A DNA stretch of 64,000 nt from Octopus sinensis (Eukaryota), in contig NC_043001.1 of assembly GCF_006345805.1 (NCBI RefSeq), positions 34,038,001-34,102,000 on the forward strand, read 5' to 3'. A model generated the notes under the pieces. That model was not told the DNA's origin. It saw only the letters and a list, made by a program, of their open reading frames with translations, and made no database searches. Shown here piece by piece: positions 37,815 to 52,047 of the stretch. Each line of letters opens with the position of its first letter. The stretch's first letter is position 1. Made by a program: the position numbers and the translations under genes.

Positions 37815-40800
37815 TATACTTTTGTTTCGACTTTGGCTTAGGTCCTTTCGGAGTCGATAAAATATGTTCCAAGTTGACCACTAGGGTTGATGTTATCGGC
37901 TCCCCACTTCCTTAAAATAACTGGCTCCGTGCCAAATTTTGAAACCATTGTAACTTCAATTTCTACGAGTCTTAAAATTTTGTCTTAAATATAAAATAGA
38001 TCTCAGTAGTTTCGACGATAAGGATTCAGTTGTCCGATCAACTAAATTACCTACTTACAGAATTTAAGTATAAGCGGTTGTCATTCTACAGACACGTGTA
38101 TCCTTAACATAATTCTCAGATACAATCAGCGTAACAGGGTGACCGATAAGTCTGTATAACAAGATATTGTTATTTCCATATTCGAAAATGCTGCAATGAA
38201 AATCCCGGGTTTTATAGTCTGAGGTAGAAATTATTTAAAACTAAATGGAAGGTAGTCCCATTCGCTTGTGGATTTGTCGGAGGAAAATGTATAATTTTGT
38301 GCATAAAAACAGAATATTGTACCAATATTTTGGAATAAAGTATGAAAGTATAAATCTTTCATATCTAAACTACAGTATACTAGTACAATATTTCAACTTC
38401 ATCTTCCTTCAGATCAACTGTTGTTTATATTTTGGTGAAGAGAATTGTCATAAAGGATGTGAAAGTTGTATTTGTGTGGGTTGTGTATGTTGAAAAGGGA
38501 GGTATAATGAGATTGTTAGGATTCGAATTTCATCGATTCCAGAGTGTAACTGGTAATTAATTTATCGACCCCAAAATTCGGTAGAATTTGAACTCAGAAC
38601 GTAAAGGCAGACGAAATACTGCTAAGCATTTCGCCCGACGTGCCAACGTTTCTGCCAGCTCGCCGCCTTGGTGACTAAGCAATAATGTGACATTGGTGAC
38701 AAAGTAACTTCGTGGACATATAATGTTATTTTCTCACATAACTGCTGACCTACTATAAGAGATTGTTTTGTTTGTGCTAACAGCCTACGATAATTTGGCT
38801 TGTTTTCAATACTTTATTATTAATAGCAATTATTGTTCCTAGTGTTCTTACGCACATCAATCTCTCTAGTGAGCATCAATGTCTCTCATCCGAAATAGGG
38901 CAGTATCAGGTACAGGACTATTGTTTAGTACAATAAAAATTTTTTTTAATAGTGTCATATGCAAATACGGTTTTATTGATAAGTAGACAGGGCGGGCGCT
39001 TCTGTTTAACAATTGGACTGAAAAACATATATGGAATAATATTGTATATATCTATATATAGGACAGAAATAAATTTGGGTCGGCGGGAAAGGAGTTAAAA
39101 ATGTGTACTGCATTTATAAATAACTGAAAGCTTTACTGCAGTATACCAGCCTTATCACTGCTTCACGTTGATTCTACTTGATAAGTATGTTAAGAGTAGA
39201 GGTTAGTTCAGTTAGTAGACCATTCAGTTGATCGAACAACTTGGATGCAGATACGTTGAAATCGGCGGGAAAGTCCATCAGATACATAACAAAGGTAAAA
39301 ACATAAAATGTATTTTATTTTTAATTTGCGTAACTCGTTTTATTTTGTTTTGCTTTCCCTGAATACATATAAATCCTTAAAAATGTTTTAGCCCATTTGC
39401 AATTTCAAAAAATATATTAATTTTGCGTTTTTTAATTTGATAAATTCTACGGAATAATTTTGCGCGTTTTTTGATAAATTCTACGGAAAGAATTTAGTGC
39501 GAAAAATTTATACATTTATACACAAAGACCTGTTGAGGCAAGCGAAGTTGATATCGAACCTCATCCCACGACAGGCACCACGCCAACCCCCTTTGCTTGC
39601 GAAGACATGTTGGGGCAAGTGTGGCACCCGGCAAATGCCAGGACCCCTGGACTGGTGGTACGTAAAAAGCACTATCCGAATCGTGGCCGATGCCAGAGCC
39701 GCCTCGACTGGCACCAATCCGACCGTGGCCGTTGCCAGCCTCTCCTGGCACCTGTGCGGGTGGCATGTAAAAAGCACCCACTACACTCTCGGAGTGGTTG
39801 GCGTTAGGAAGGGCATCCAGCTGTAGAAACATTGCCAGATAAGACTGGAGTCTGGTGCAGCCTTCTGGCTTCCCAGATCCCCGGTCGAACCGTCCAACCC
39901 ATGCTGGCATGGAGAACGGACGTTAAACGATGATGATGATGAGAAGAAATTAATTCATTAAGTTTACCAAATTATATACGTCTGTAAAAAAAAAAAAAGT
40001 TTCACAAATTATATACGTTCGCGTTTGTGTAAAAAAAATTATTAACCAAGTTTTATAAATTATTTACTTTGTTCAAAAATATTATTAATATTAATTAATT
40101 TTCAAGAATTATTTAATTTATATAATTAATTCATTAATTTTATTCTGTAAAATAGTAATTAATTCATTTATCTGTAAATCCGCGAGGAAAGCGACTATGT
40201 AATTTTTTTGTGTAAAATTGAAAATGTTATATATACACACACACACACACACACACATATATATTTTTAGTGAAATCCAACACCTTTTTTTTAGGGGGGT
40301 AACGCGCATGCGCGAATTCTGCACTGCGCATGCGCAAGTCACCTCGTAGGATCTCGAGTATCGAGTACCTACGTCTGGCGCGCGCGCGCGAATTCGCGTG
40401 TGAGAAACCGGGACCACGACAATAGACAAGTACCCGAGTTGTCTTTGTCTCCTTTCAACTTTCCGAAAACTGGATTAAAAATTTTTATATAAATACCTTT
40501 CAGGTGGTGTATATTACGATTATATTCGAATTTAATATGAAAAAAAAAAAAAAAAAAGTGGTTACTGACACACATCACGAAATGAAAATTGAAATATAGA
40601 AAAAAATTCGTGATGAGTCTCTTAATATATGTGTGAACGCCCACCATTTTTTTTTGTCTTAAATTCCGATATAATCATAATCTACATCATCTGAAAGTTA
40701 TTTGTAGAAAGTTTCATTTTAAAATACCCAATTTTCTGAAAGTTATGAGGAAACAAAACTGACTTTTCTAAATTTTCAGAAACTCCCCTTCTCATCCTCA

Positions 40801-42732
40801 GAAAAATATTTTTATAACAAATTCTGATACGACCAGAATCTCCACCAACCGAAGCATATTTGTAAAAAAATTCATTAGAAAAATATCCATTTTCCTGGAT
40901 CTTGTAAGAATACAAAGTCTCTGGGGTACTCTTGTGTAGGTATGCCGTTCATCTTTTATTTTTGAGCAAATATCCATTTTATTTTATGTAGGAGAAAAAA
41001 AAACACACTTTAACAAACTCCATGGCGACTTTAAAGTAAGAGATCTTGATTTTTGGACAATATGCTATCACGTAAGGTGGCGGTGATAAAGCTTGTTCTT
41101 TCAGGTGCTGGTTCCACATAAAAAGCACCCTTGCTGGTGCTGTGAAAATGCAGCTGTGCTGGTGGCATGTAAAATGCACCCAGAACCTTCTCTTAAGTGG
41201 TTGGCATTAGGAAGGGCTTCCAACTGTAGAAACCATACCACAACAGACAATTGGAGTCTGGACAGCTCCCAGCTTGACAGGAGCTGGCAAGCTGGAGATC
41301 TGCACCAGGCTCCATTTATCTGTTTTGTTGTGGTTCCTCCAGCTGGTTGCCCTTTCTAATGCCAATCATTTTATGGCGTGTACTCAGTGCTTTTTATGTG
41401 TCTCCAGCACAGATGCTTTTTACATGCAACCAGCATTATGTGACACCAGCACCAGTGGGGTCACCAGTTACCTTGCAAGACAAAAACCTCTCAGCTGCAA
41501 GAGGGAGTGGAACTGTGGAAAGTGGCTATGTGCCAGGCAAGAGGTTCAAATGAAACAAAGGGACAGGGATAGGTGTCTTATTACAGAGGAGGTACTTGAC
41601 TAAACCAGTAGCACAGAGATGGAGAGGAAGGTGGGAGAGAGAGAGAGAAAGATAGACAGAGTGAGAGAGTGAGAGAAGTAGATGGTGTTGAAGGGAGCCT
41701 GTCGACAGGAAACATTGGAGGGAATATAAGCAGTACTGACAGAGTAGAGGAAGATGTTCCATAAGAGTGTGAGGGGAGCCGTTTAGCGATGGGGAAGACA
41801 CGGCTGTTGCAAATGATATTGAGAGAAATTGGGGTAGCTGGGAGGGGTGTATGGTAGATGTGAGGGCATGGAGAATGAGCAGATGTGGTAGAGAGTGGAA
41901 GGAAGGGTGGTCCTTCAGCTGGTGGTGGAGGTGTTGGGAAGATGAGTTGTAGGGGAGTTTTGACAGGGGAGAGACTGTGTGTGTGTGAGGGAGTTCATGG
42001 CAATAAAGGACCTGCTTGTTTGTGTGGATGGCCACACTTTTACTTACCTTGACATGTCCTTTCATTTGACTGCTATGTCTTGCAGTTCAAGTGATCATGC
42101 AAAGACCCCATCATAAGCTCAAACTTAGGTCTGTCATGGGCCTACAAGCTTTTTACATCAGAGCTTATCTTGGTTTCTAGGGCTTATGAGCAACTCAAAA
42201 ATAGAGAAGTCCCTCCTGAACATGATGTCAGTCCATTACAGTTGCTGGTACTAATTTTCAGCTGAGAGGAGTGAAACAGTGTAAAATGAAGTATACTGTT
42301 CAAGAACACCAGCCAGTCTGGAAATTGAAACCACAACCTTATAATCATGAATCCAACACCCTAACTAAGACCACATAGCTTCATATTGTCTTACCATATC
42401 TGAATTAATATTAATGTATATATTGTCACAAGCTGCAGAAAGATAATTAAAAATAATAATCTGCTGATGATAAGTCAGCATTAATTCAATGGCAAGTGTT
42501 ATTTCAGTATATAAGGGAGATAACTCGCAACATATTTCAATTGGATTAGCTCTCTTCAGCAAAGAATGGACTTCACCATAGTTTCCAAAGTAGTCATGAA
42601 AAAGGCACTTGGTGAAGAAGGATAAATACTTGCCTGAAAAATTTATCCCTTTCACACTCTTGAACCAGTTTTTAATAAATGTGTGTTGCTCCTTTTTGAA
42701 TTTATTTTTCTGTTTGTTTTGAAGAACCAAAT

Positions 42733-42845
42733 ATGACTGAGAGTGAAAAGAAAACTACCTCTGATGGCGAATTTGATGAACATGGTTACTGGATCAATCG
42801 GTGGACCACTAAAAATATTCCTTTCCACCAGGAAGAAATGCACGT
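42733..42845 (+). CDS. TPMT: TPMT-B coding exon 1
   Basis: Paralog of 19999-20111; one synonymous change; gtaagt donor. Confidence 0.9.
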
Positions 42846-45800
42846 GTAAGTTACTCAATTATTTTTAACTAATTAACCTAATCAAGTACCAAATCTGGCT
42901 CAAGTTGTAACTGTCTAGTTTTGCCATGATTGTTCTGCCATACTATTTAGTTATGTTAATATGCCATGGAAACTGAAATAAACTTTGACCTCATGAGCCT
43001 TTAAACTTATGACAGACCTAAAGTCAGTCCCACTTGACCCAAGATATGATCCCAGGGTCTGTTTTTATTGTTTAAGAGCTACATAGCACAGGTGATCTAC
43101 CCTTTATAAGATAGCAGAGTGTTATTTGAAGGAGGTTTATCTGCTACTTCTAGCACATCAGGTGACTGCCTAGAGACTCCCTTACATGTCTTGAATTGAT
43201 AAGGATGCTGGGTGACCAGCTGAGGGATGAACATTTCCTGTCACATCACTGATACTGCATCATACCTATAGTCAGCTCTTTTGTTACCATATTTCTGTTA
43301 AAATACCCAGTCTTTATTTTAATTAATTCTGAAAAATAATGAAGAATTTAATAATGAAATAATTTTGCAGTAATTAAAATGATGTTTGAAACATCAATCA
43401 ACTTGAAATTTTGAAAGAAACTTGTTATTTAGATCACTTTACCCTTTAGCATTCAGATTTTTCTGTCAGATGGAGTGGTTGGCATTTAGGAAGGGCATAC
43501 TAAATCAGATTGGAACCTGGTGTAGCTCTCCAGTTTAGCAGTTTCAACTAAGCCATCTAACCCATGCCAGCATGGAAAGCAGATGCTAAATGATGATGAT
43601 GAAGAGGAAAAGGTGGAGGATGATGATGATTGTCATGAATTTATCTTGCATTATCTTGTAACCTTGAGATTTTGATGATGTATTTGTTTATGTTCAAAAT
43701 GACATTCAGGGTAGATGTGAGACTCCAGATCTGGCTAGTTTGAACATAAAGCAAGTAGAATATTTTAGCCAGATATGTCCGTTTTAAATGTTAAAGGATT
43801 AAAATGAGAAATTTGTATCATAAAATGAGGGTCAGTCTCAGGTGGGTTGGTTTCAAATGGGTTAACCTATAGTAAAGTTCTTAGAAGAGTTTGCTAAGTC
43901 TATTTACTATTTTTTGCCCTTATCCTTTCTTCCAAAGGAGAAACAGAGAGAGAGAGAAGTAGTGTTGTCTGCAAATGGTAACAGAAATGAAGGAGTGGCA
44001 TGTAAGAGGGGTAGGGAGAAGATGAAGGGAAACAAGAATTAGGGAGGTCAATCCACTATTTCTCAGTTACATGAAAATGAATTTATTTGTCTAATGTCTG
44101 TTTTCTTTTCCTTGCTAGCAAATACATTTCGCAGTCATTGTTCTCACAATCAAATGCCCTTCATCACCCTAAGCCTTGCTTGTTTCCCTGTGTGAAGGAT
44201 TTATCTTTTATTTCCTCTTGCATCTTCAGCAGTATGAAGCTGGGGAATGTCAACCAGCATCACATTTTCTCACCTCAATATTTTTCATGCAAAGCATCGA
44301 TACAGAATTACAATCCTAAGCCTTAATTCATGCATACGTGTATGCTTGCACATGTACACACATGCACACTGCTAAATTTTTAGTGCTGCAGAGATCCACA
44401 AACCCCAGGTTGGATACCACTGAAAGGTTTAGTTGTTATTACTAGCAGTTTGAGTGATATCATAAAGGCTCCCTATCTTGTTCTTGGTTTCTAATTCTGC
44501 CAGGTTTTCTTTGCTTCTTGTGCCTACAATACTGACAAAATGAGTACCAGTAACATATTGAGGTTCAATCTCTTGATTACACCTTTCCCTTTAAATAACT
44601 GGCATGGTACTCTGTCAAAAGAAATTATTATTGTTTTTATTGAATATTATTGAAATAATTGTTTATTTTTGCTATTCTTTTCTTCTGTCTTTAAGATCAC
44701 TTGAGAAACACTTGGACAAATTTATTGATGGAAGAAATGGAATAAAAATTTTCTTTCCCCTCTGTGGGAAATGTGTAGATATGAAAAAGTAAGTATCGTC
44801 TTTGAATAACAGTGACTCAATAAGTTAGGAGATTACCTGAACACCTTATAAAAAGAACCAGCAAGGAAGTGCTTGTGTAGTTTCTGGACCTTACGTGCTC
44901 TATCTAAAGACTGAAGAAATCTGTATCAGTCTTTTGATTATCTTATGCTTGTAAAAGAGTTACATCAATCACTAATTAAGACTAAATAATCCACAAGTTT
45001 TATTCACCGTCTGAAAGATGGGACAGCTTCCAGGGCCATTACATATGGATTCAAGCTTCTTCATTAACTAACAGCAGGTCTTTGATAGGAAATGTTTTGC
45101 ATTAGTATTCTGTAAATACCAATAGCAACATAGACACAGTGGCTCTGTGTCAAGGGTGTAAGTTACCCACATGCTGAAATACTTGTTCAAGGACTTGCTA
45201 ATGGAAGCTGATCTACTTCCAAGTAATGAGAACAACATCTAATAAAAATGATGTCCCTTTTTAGCAATCACCCATTGAGATGCAACTCCTCATCCTGTAA
45301 TAAATACTGTTTCCACTCCTTTTCTCAGCCTCTCATCCTTCTGGAACCCATTCTCTGCTCTTGTTTTTTTCCCTCACCCACTAAATTTATGAGGATCCAA
45401 CAGAACATTATATCCTGTGATGTGTGTGTGTGTGTGTTTATGTGTGTGTGTTTGTGTGTGTGTATAAATATAGGCGGATGTTAAATGATGATGATGATGA
45501 TGCTGATGATGATCCATGAGCTGGCAGAAACGTTAGCCCGCCAGGCGAAATGCATTACGTTCTGGGTTCAAACTTCGCCGAGGTCGACTTTGCCTTTCAT
45601 CCTTTTGGGGTCGATAAATAAAGTACCAGTTATGCACTGAGGTCGATGTAATCGACTTAATCCGTTTGTCTGTCCTTGTTTGTCCCCTCTATGTTTAGCC
45701 CCTTGTGGGCTGTAAAGAAATATATATATGTATAGTTTGTTTATTTTTCAGATTAGCAGATAAAGGGCACAATATTGTTGGAGTTGACATTGCTGAACAA

Positions 45801-48800
45801 GCTTTACAGGAATTCTTTACAGACCAGAATTTGGAATATACTGTTGAAGAATTAAAGGACAACACAGGAAAACTCTTTGCAGTAAATATTCATTTTTATA
45901 GTAGAAGCTTTTATAGAAATGTTGAAATAATGGTGCTGGTGTGGGTGTGTGTGGTATAAAATTTGCTTTCCAACCACACAGTTTGAAGTTCAGTCCCAGT
46001 GTATGGCACTCTAGCCTCATGTATATCTCCAGGCTGACCAAAGCCATGTGAGTGAATTGGATTTGGTGTGACAAAGACCGAAAGAAAATCCTATATATAT
46101 ATATTTGTATATATCATCTGGTATGTTGATTTTGTTCATTCGTTATTAATCTTGAATTATGCTTGCACTGATGATTAAAAAGTGCATTACTGCACTAATT
46201 ATGTCTCCTGTTTCTGAAGAAGAGCCTTGCTCGAAATGTAAAACACCCTTATTTTCTTTCTCTGAGTGTCTTATTAATACTTTGTATGTACCACGTCCTC
46301 CTGTTGTTTTTTTTTTTTTTGTTCTTTTTTTCCAACAGCAGTAGTGGTATTGATAGTACAGTGGATAGTTGCATTGAAATTCTAATTGAAATATAATTTT
46401 GTGAGTTCATTCTCACCTTAAGTGCATTTACACATACATGATGCTTAATTGTTTAGCATTTAAACTGGTCAAATCTGGCTGAAATATTCTATGTTCAGAC
46501 TGATCAGATCCAGCCTCTTTCACCTTCCCTACAATGTCATTCTAAAAAGAATCAATCACAGCATTGAAATCTCAAAGCTATGAGACAATGCATGAGTAAT
46601 ACAGAATGATGAGAATAAATAAGCAATCGTATTTGACAGAGTGATCTGAATACTAATGAGTAAATAATAAATGGCAACTTAAGAACTGAAATTAGAGTAT
46701 TATAGTAAAGAAATCCAGAAAATTGAAGTTAGTTGTTCAAAAATTGTTTCAATAAGTATTTCATTTGAATTTTATCTTTCTTCTAGAGCAAAGATGGAAA
46801 GATCAAACTATATTGCATGGATTTGTTTAAATTTTCAAAGTAAGTATTGTATTTTTGTAAACTCTACTAAATTTTCAAAATTAGAACATGGACACAGAGG
46901 AATGACTGAGTAGCTAGCTTTGCAACCATGCAGTTCCAGGTTCAATCCCTATGTGTGCACCTTGGGTAAGTGTCTCCTTCTATAGCCTGGAGCTTAAAAA
47001 AAGCCAGTTGTGTGTGGTGGTGCATGGGTTTGTCTCTCCCTGACTTGACATCCTGTGGTAGTTGTAAATGTGTGTCACTGTGAAAGAAGCAATGTCATTC
47101 ATTTCCAATATTAAGTGTGGACATTGGCCTGCTCACCCAGGCAATGGTATGGTATCTTTTGAAAGCTAAAATGATGAGGAGCACATTGTAACGAGTGATG
47201 TTCTCATTTACATATCTTTATTCTATTGGGTTGTCCGGAAAGTTTGTGCCGATTTTTAAAAGAAAGAAAAAGTTCAATAAATACTTGCCATTACATTTTT
47301 AATCAACCAAATATGAACCATTTTGTTGCACAATGTGTCTCCATCTTTCCTTTAACTTGAAAATACCCTCTTCCCACAATTGAGGTGGTTTCATGGCAAA
47401 GAATTCATCAAGGTATCCTTTTACGTCATCCAAGGAATTGAAATTTTTACCATTAAGACTATTCTGCAGAGACCTGAATAAGTGGAAATCTGAAGGAGCA
47501 ATATCTGGTGAATATGGAGGGTGGGGTAACACATCCCAGCCGAGCTGCAGCAATTTTTGTCTGGTTTCCAAAGCATCAAGTGCCGAAAATGAACTTTCTT
47601 ATCTTCCATTTTAAAAGGTTACAAAATTAACACAGGTTATAGGAACGTAAACCTTCTTCTACGAAAAGACAGCTTAAACTGTGCTCTAAATGGCGGTGTA
47701 GTCAAATCCTATTTTATGGACTCAACCAGGTTCTAAAATAAGTCAAAAGGTAAGCTACTATAAATCAGCACAAACTTTCCAGACAACTCAATATATCAGC
47801 TACATGTATTAATTAGCTATTTGGTAATTAGAGATCCTCATTTGCATCATCATCATCATCATCATCATTCAACTTCTATTTTTCTTTGCTTGCATGAGTC
47901 AGATGGATTTTATTGAGGCAGATTTTCTACAGGTTGAGAACCTTTCCAGTTTCCAAGCAGAGAAATATGGACAATGATGACAACAATTATTATTAATTTA
48001 CCAATTTAAATTTTGAGAAAATATAATCAGATGTTATTTTATTAATGAATGTGACTGTTTTCCTTATTTTTTTCAATTTACAATGATTGTTAATTATTAT
48101 TAATAGTCATGGTGTAGAAGACTGTCTTTAGCTCTGTGTGTTAGTTTGAAGAAAACCTCCAAGTAGGTACGAAGATAACTATGGCAATTGAAATCATCTC
48201 AAAGTGGTGGTTGACAAGGAATTGCAGATGGAATCCTTTTTCAGACAAAGGCTACTTAAGTCCTCACTTCTCCATTCATGTGATGTGTACAGGAAGTAGC
48301 TCCTAGTTTCTGCATGGGGCAAAGCATCTCTGACATTTATTTCACTTGCAGTAATTCTTTCTAGGCCTTCCTTTATTCTTTATGCCTTTAGCCCTCCAAC
48401 GCGGAGTATAGGCCACTTATAGTTGAATTCCATGTCGCATAATTTTTCGCTTCTGTACTTATACTCTGCCATGAATGTCCCCCTTTCTCTAGTTCCTTTT
48501 GTTTTGATCTCCACCATGTGTTCTTAGGCCTACCTCTCCTTCTATATCCATCTGGTTTCCACTGTAAAGTATTTTTCGCTATATTTGGTGTGTCTTTTCT
48601 AATTGTGCTACCAATCCACTTCCACTTTTTCTTAAATATTTGCTCCCTAATCGAAACTTGATTTGTTCTTTGCCATAGCTCCATATTGCTTATGTGTTCG
48701 GGCCATCTAATTTTAAGTATACTACACAAGCATCTGTTGATGAATGATTGTATTTGCTTATTTGACTTAACTGTTGTTTGCCATGTCTCAGCCCTATACA

Positions 48801-50051
48801 ATAACACCGCTTTTACGTTAGCGTTAAAAATTCTTATTTTGTTCTTTATTGAAATTACACTTGTGCTCCATACTTTCTTTAAGAGGTGAAAAGCAATCCT
48901 TGCCTTACTTATTCTCTTCTTAATATCTTCGTCGGTGCTGCCTGAAAACGCTATCTTACTACCTAAATACGTAAACTTGGCTACATCCTCTAGTTCACCG
49001 GTTTTTAGTTTAATACGTTCGCTGATTTCTTAAAGGCCTTCCTTTAACTTCATCTAAAATAAAGGAAGTAAAAATAGGTTATTTCTTTTCTTCCAGAATA
49101 TAATTAGAAGTGCTTTTACATTTCAACCAATTGTTATAAATCTTGCAATTAATTTTTCTTCTTTTTCTTTTCTGCTAAATCACAGGGATTTTGAAGGGCA
49201 GTTTAATGCTATTTGGGATCGAGGAGCTCTTGCTGCTATCATCCCCAAAACCAGAATAAGGTTAGTAATAATTGTTTAATGACAACATAATTACACAGTG
49301 GTGGGGACATAATATATGTTAGTTGCATAATACTACTAATAATAGTAATATATTGATTAATTAGAAGAAAACCTCCTTGGATAGTGAAATTTTGGAGCAG
49401 AGCACTTATCAGTTACATCAACCCCAGTGTTTCACTGGTACTTAATTTATCAACCCCAAAAGTAGGTAAGGCAAAGTTGACCATGGCGGAATTTGTACTC
49501 AGGACGTAAGGATGGGTGAAATGTTGGTGAGCATTTCGCCCGGTATGCTAATGATACTGCTAACTTGCTACCTTAATAAAAAATAAAATTAAAAAAAATA
49601 ATAATAATGGTAATAGTAATAATAATAATATTTTGTCTTTGTATAATCAGTTGAGCATGTCACTTGGTGACTGATGATATGTACATCTCTGATTGTGAGC
49701 AGAAGTAGTTGGGGAGCATCATAGCCATGTGTTGAGAGGAATTCTTTGGGGTTTGAATAATTCACCTCAGGGGTTATTTGTTCATCATCCTTAAACCTTA
49801 TTCAAGGGCCTTTTGAGCAGGATGGGCTACTCAACCTGAACAAATTCTAACTGTGCTCCACCTGCAAGGTTGTGCACTATTTATCTTAATATAAGATCAC
49901 CATGTCGCGCACATGTGGTTGTGATGCATATGTCTGTGTACATTTATCAGACGTGTGGTAATGATGGGTATATTGGGTTTCGTATAATTGTGCCCCAGTG
50001 TCATTTTGATGGCATGCACTGCTTTCTCACCCAATAATAATAATGATGATG

Positions 50052-50084
<33 letters not shown>

Positions 50085-52016
50085 GTAATGACAATAATCC
50101 TTTCTACTATAGGCACAAGGCCTGAAATTTGGGGGAAGGGTTAAGTCGATTACATCAACCCCAGTACTTGACTGGTACTTAATTTATCAACCCTGAAAAG
50201 ATGAAAGGCAAAGTTCACCTTGGTGGCATTTGAATCCAGAACGCAGCAACGGGTGAAATACCGCTAAGCATTTTGCCCAGCAAGCTAACGATTCTGCCAA
50301 CTCGCTACCATAATGATAAAAGAATGGCTTCAAATTTTGCCATAAGGGCAGCAATTACATTGACCCCAGTGTTTTACTGGTACTTGTTTTATCGACCCTG
50401 AAAGGATGAAAGGCCAAGTCGACCTTGATGGAATTTGAACTCAGAACATAATGACGGGCAAAATACCTGTAAACAGTTCGTCCAGTGTGCTAATGATTTT
50501 GCCAGCTCTCTACCTTAATAATGATAATAATAATAATAATTTGTACCATAGGACAAATTTGTAACATTAGGATATAGTCAACTAAATTTACTCCAGTTCA
50601 AGAGAATGAAAGGTAAAATGGAAACCAGAAGGATTTGAAACCAAAATTTAACAGGTGGAACTAAATTCTGTACCATTTGTCATCAACATTACTTCCATTT
50701 TAGTTTCCCCACTTCTCCTTTTTTAGTTGTTAACAAATGTTTTGAAAGGACAAAACCACAGATTCACAACATGTTATTGTATTAAAAAGACATATAATGC
50801 ATATAAAGACCTTAGATTTAAATCCTTCACTCTTAGGTAAACTGAATGTGGTTTGTAGTAACATAATTAACTAATGCTTAAAGGCAGCAGTTAAGAGATA
50901 TGTGTGTTCAAGTCTCACTTTATGCTCATTATAAATGTCTCAACTCAATTTGTACTTATTCTTGATATTGAAAATATTTAAGGCAACAAGCTGGCAAAAT
51001 GCTTATCAGCATTTTGTCTGTCTTTATGTTCTGATTTCAAATGTAATCGACTTAACCCCCAACCCTGAAATTTCTGGCATTGTGCCAAAATTTGAATCCA
51101 ATATAAGAAGTATTTAAAAAATGCAATTGAATTATGTTGTTTTGTTCATTTTATTTTCTTTATTCTTTTCTCAGAACTTCAACAGTATAAAGAGAAAATA
51201 TTTCATTTTGAAAATATAATTGTTGTTGTTGTTGCATTTAGGTATGCCCAGGTGATAAGAGAATTACTTTCCCCTGACTGTCACTATATGATTGCCGCAA
51301 TGCAGTATGACCCTTCATTATTTCCAGGTAAATGAAGATTGATACACTATAACCACTTGAATATATGGTGAGGTTTTCCTTTCTTTGAAAATCATCCCTC
51401 ACAAAAATATGAACCACTTATATTGAAGTTCATATAAATTTCTAAGTAAACACGAAACACTTTCCAAAAAGTCTTAAAAACAACGACCTTTCATTTTTGA
51501 AGGACAATATAAAAGAAAAAAATCCTCCATTTTATGTTTGAGTATATTATATAGTGTTTACTTGCCTTCTTTTTGCAGTTATTTGTGTTTCTTAATTACT
51601 TTTTTATTAGATTTAGTCTTGAACATTTCACATGAGTGTTGATATCTGTATATATAAAAGGCAGGATGTGTGTGTGTGTGTACGTGAATGTAATTTATGC
51701 ACGTCCACAAATTAGCACACATGTCGCTACAATTTTAGGAGAACATTCGTTATGACCCTAGCTGTATTTTCGTTAACTTATTTTTCCCAGAGGCACCAGC
51801 AAATAGCAGTAAAAATAAATTTTCAACCAAAACTTTTAACAATTTTCAAGTCAGAGAAATATCCATTGTTTGCAAACAGGAGTTAAGTCCCCTTCTAGTT
51901 GATTTTTTTTTTTGCATCGAGGAAAAAAGTGTTTTGCTGATATATGGGGAACACACACAAATACCTGAACATGTATGCAATAGGTGTACATACGTATGTG
52001 TGTGTGTGTGTTGCAA

Positions 52017-52047
<31 letters not shown>

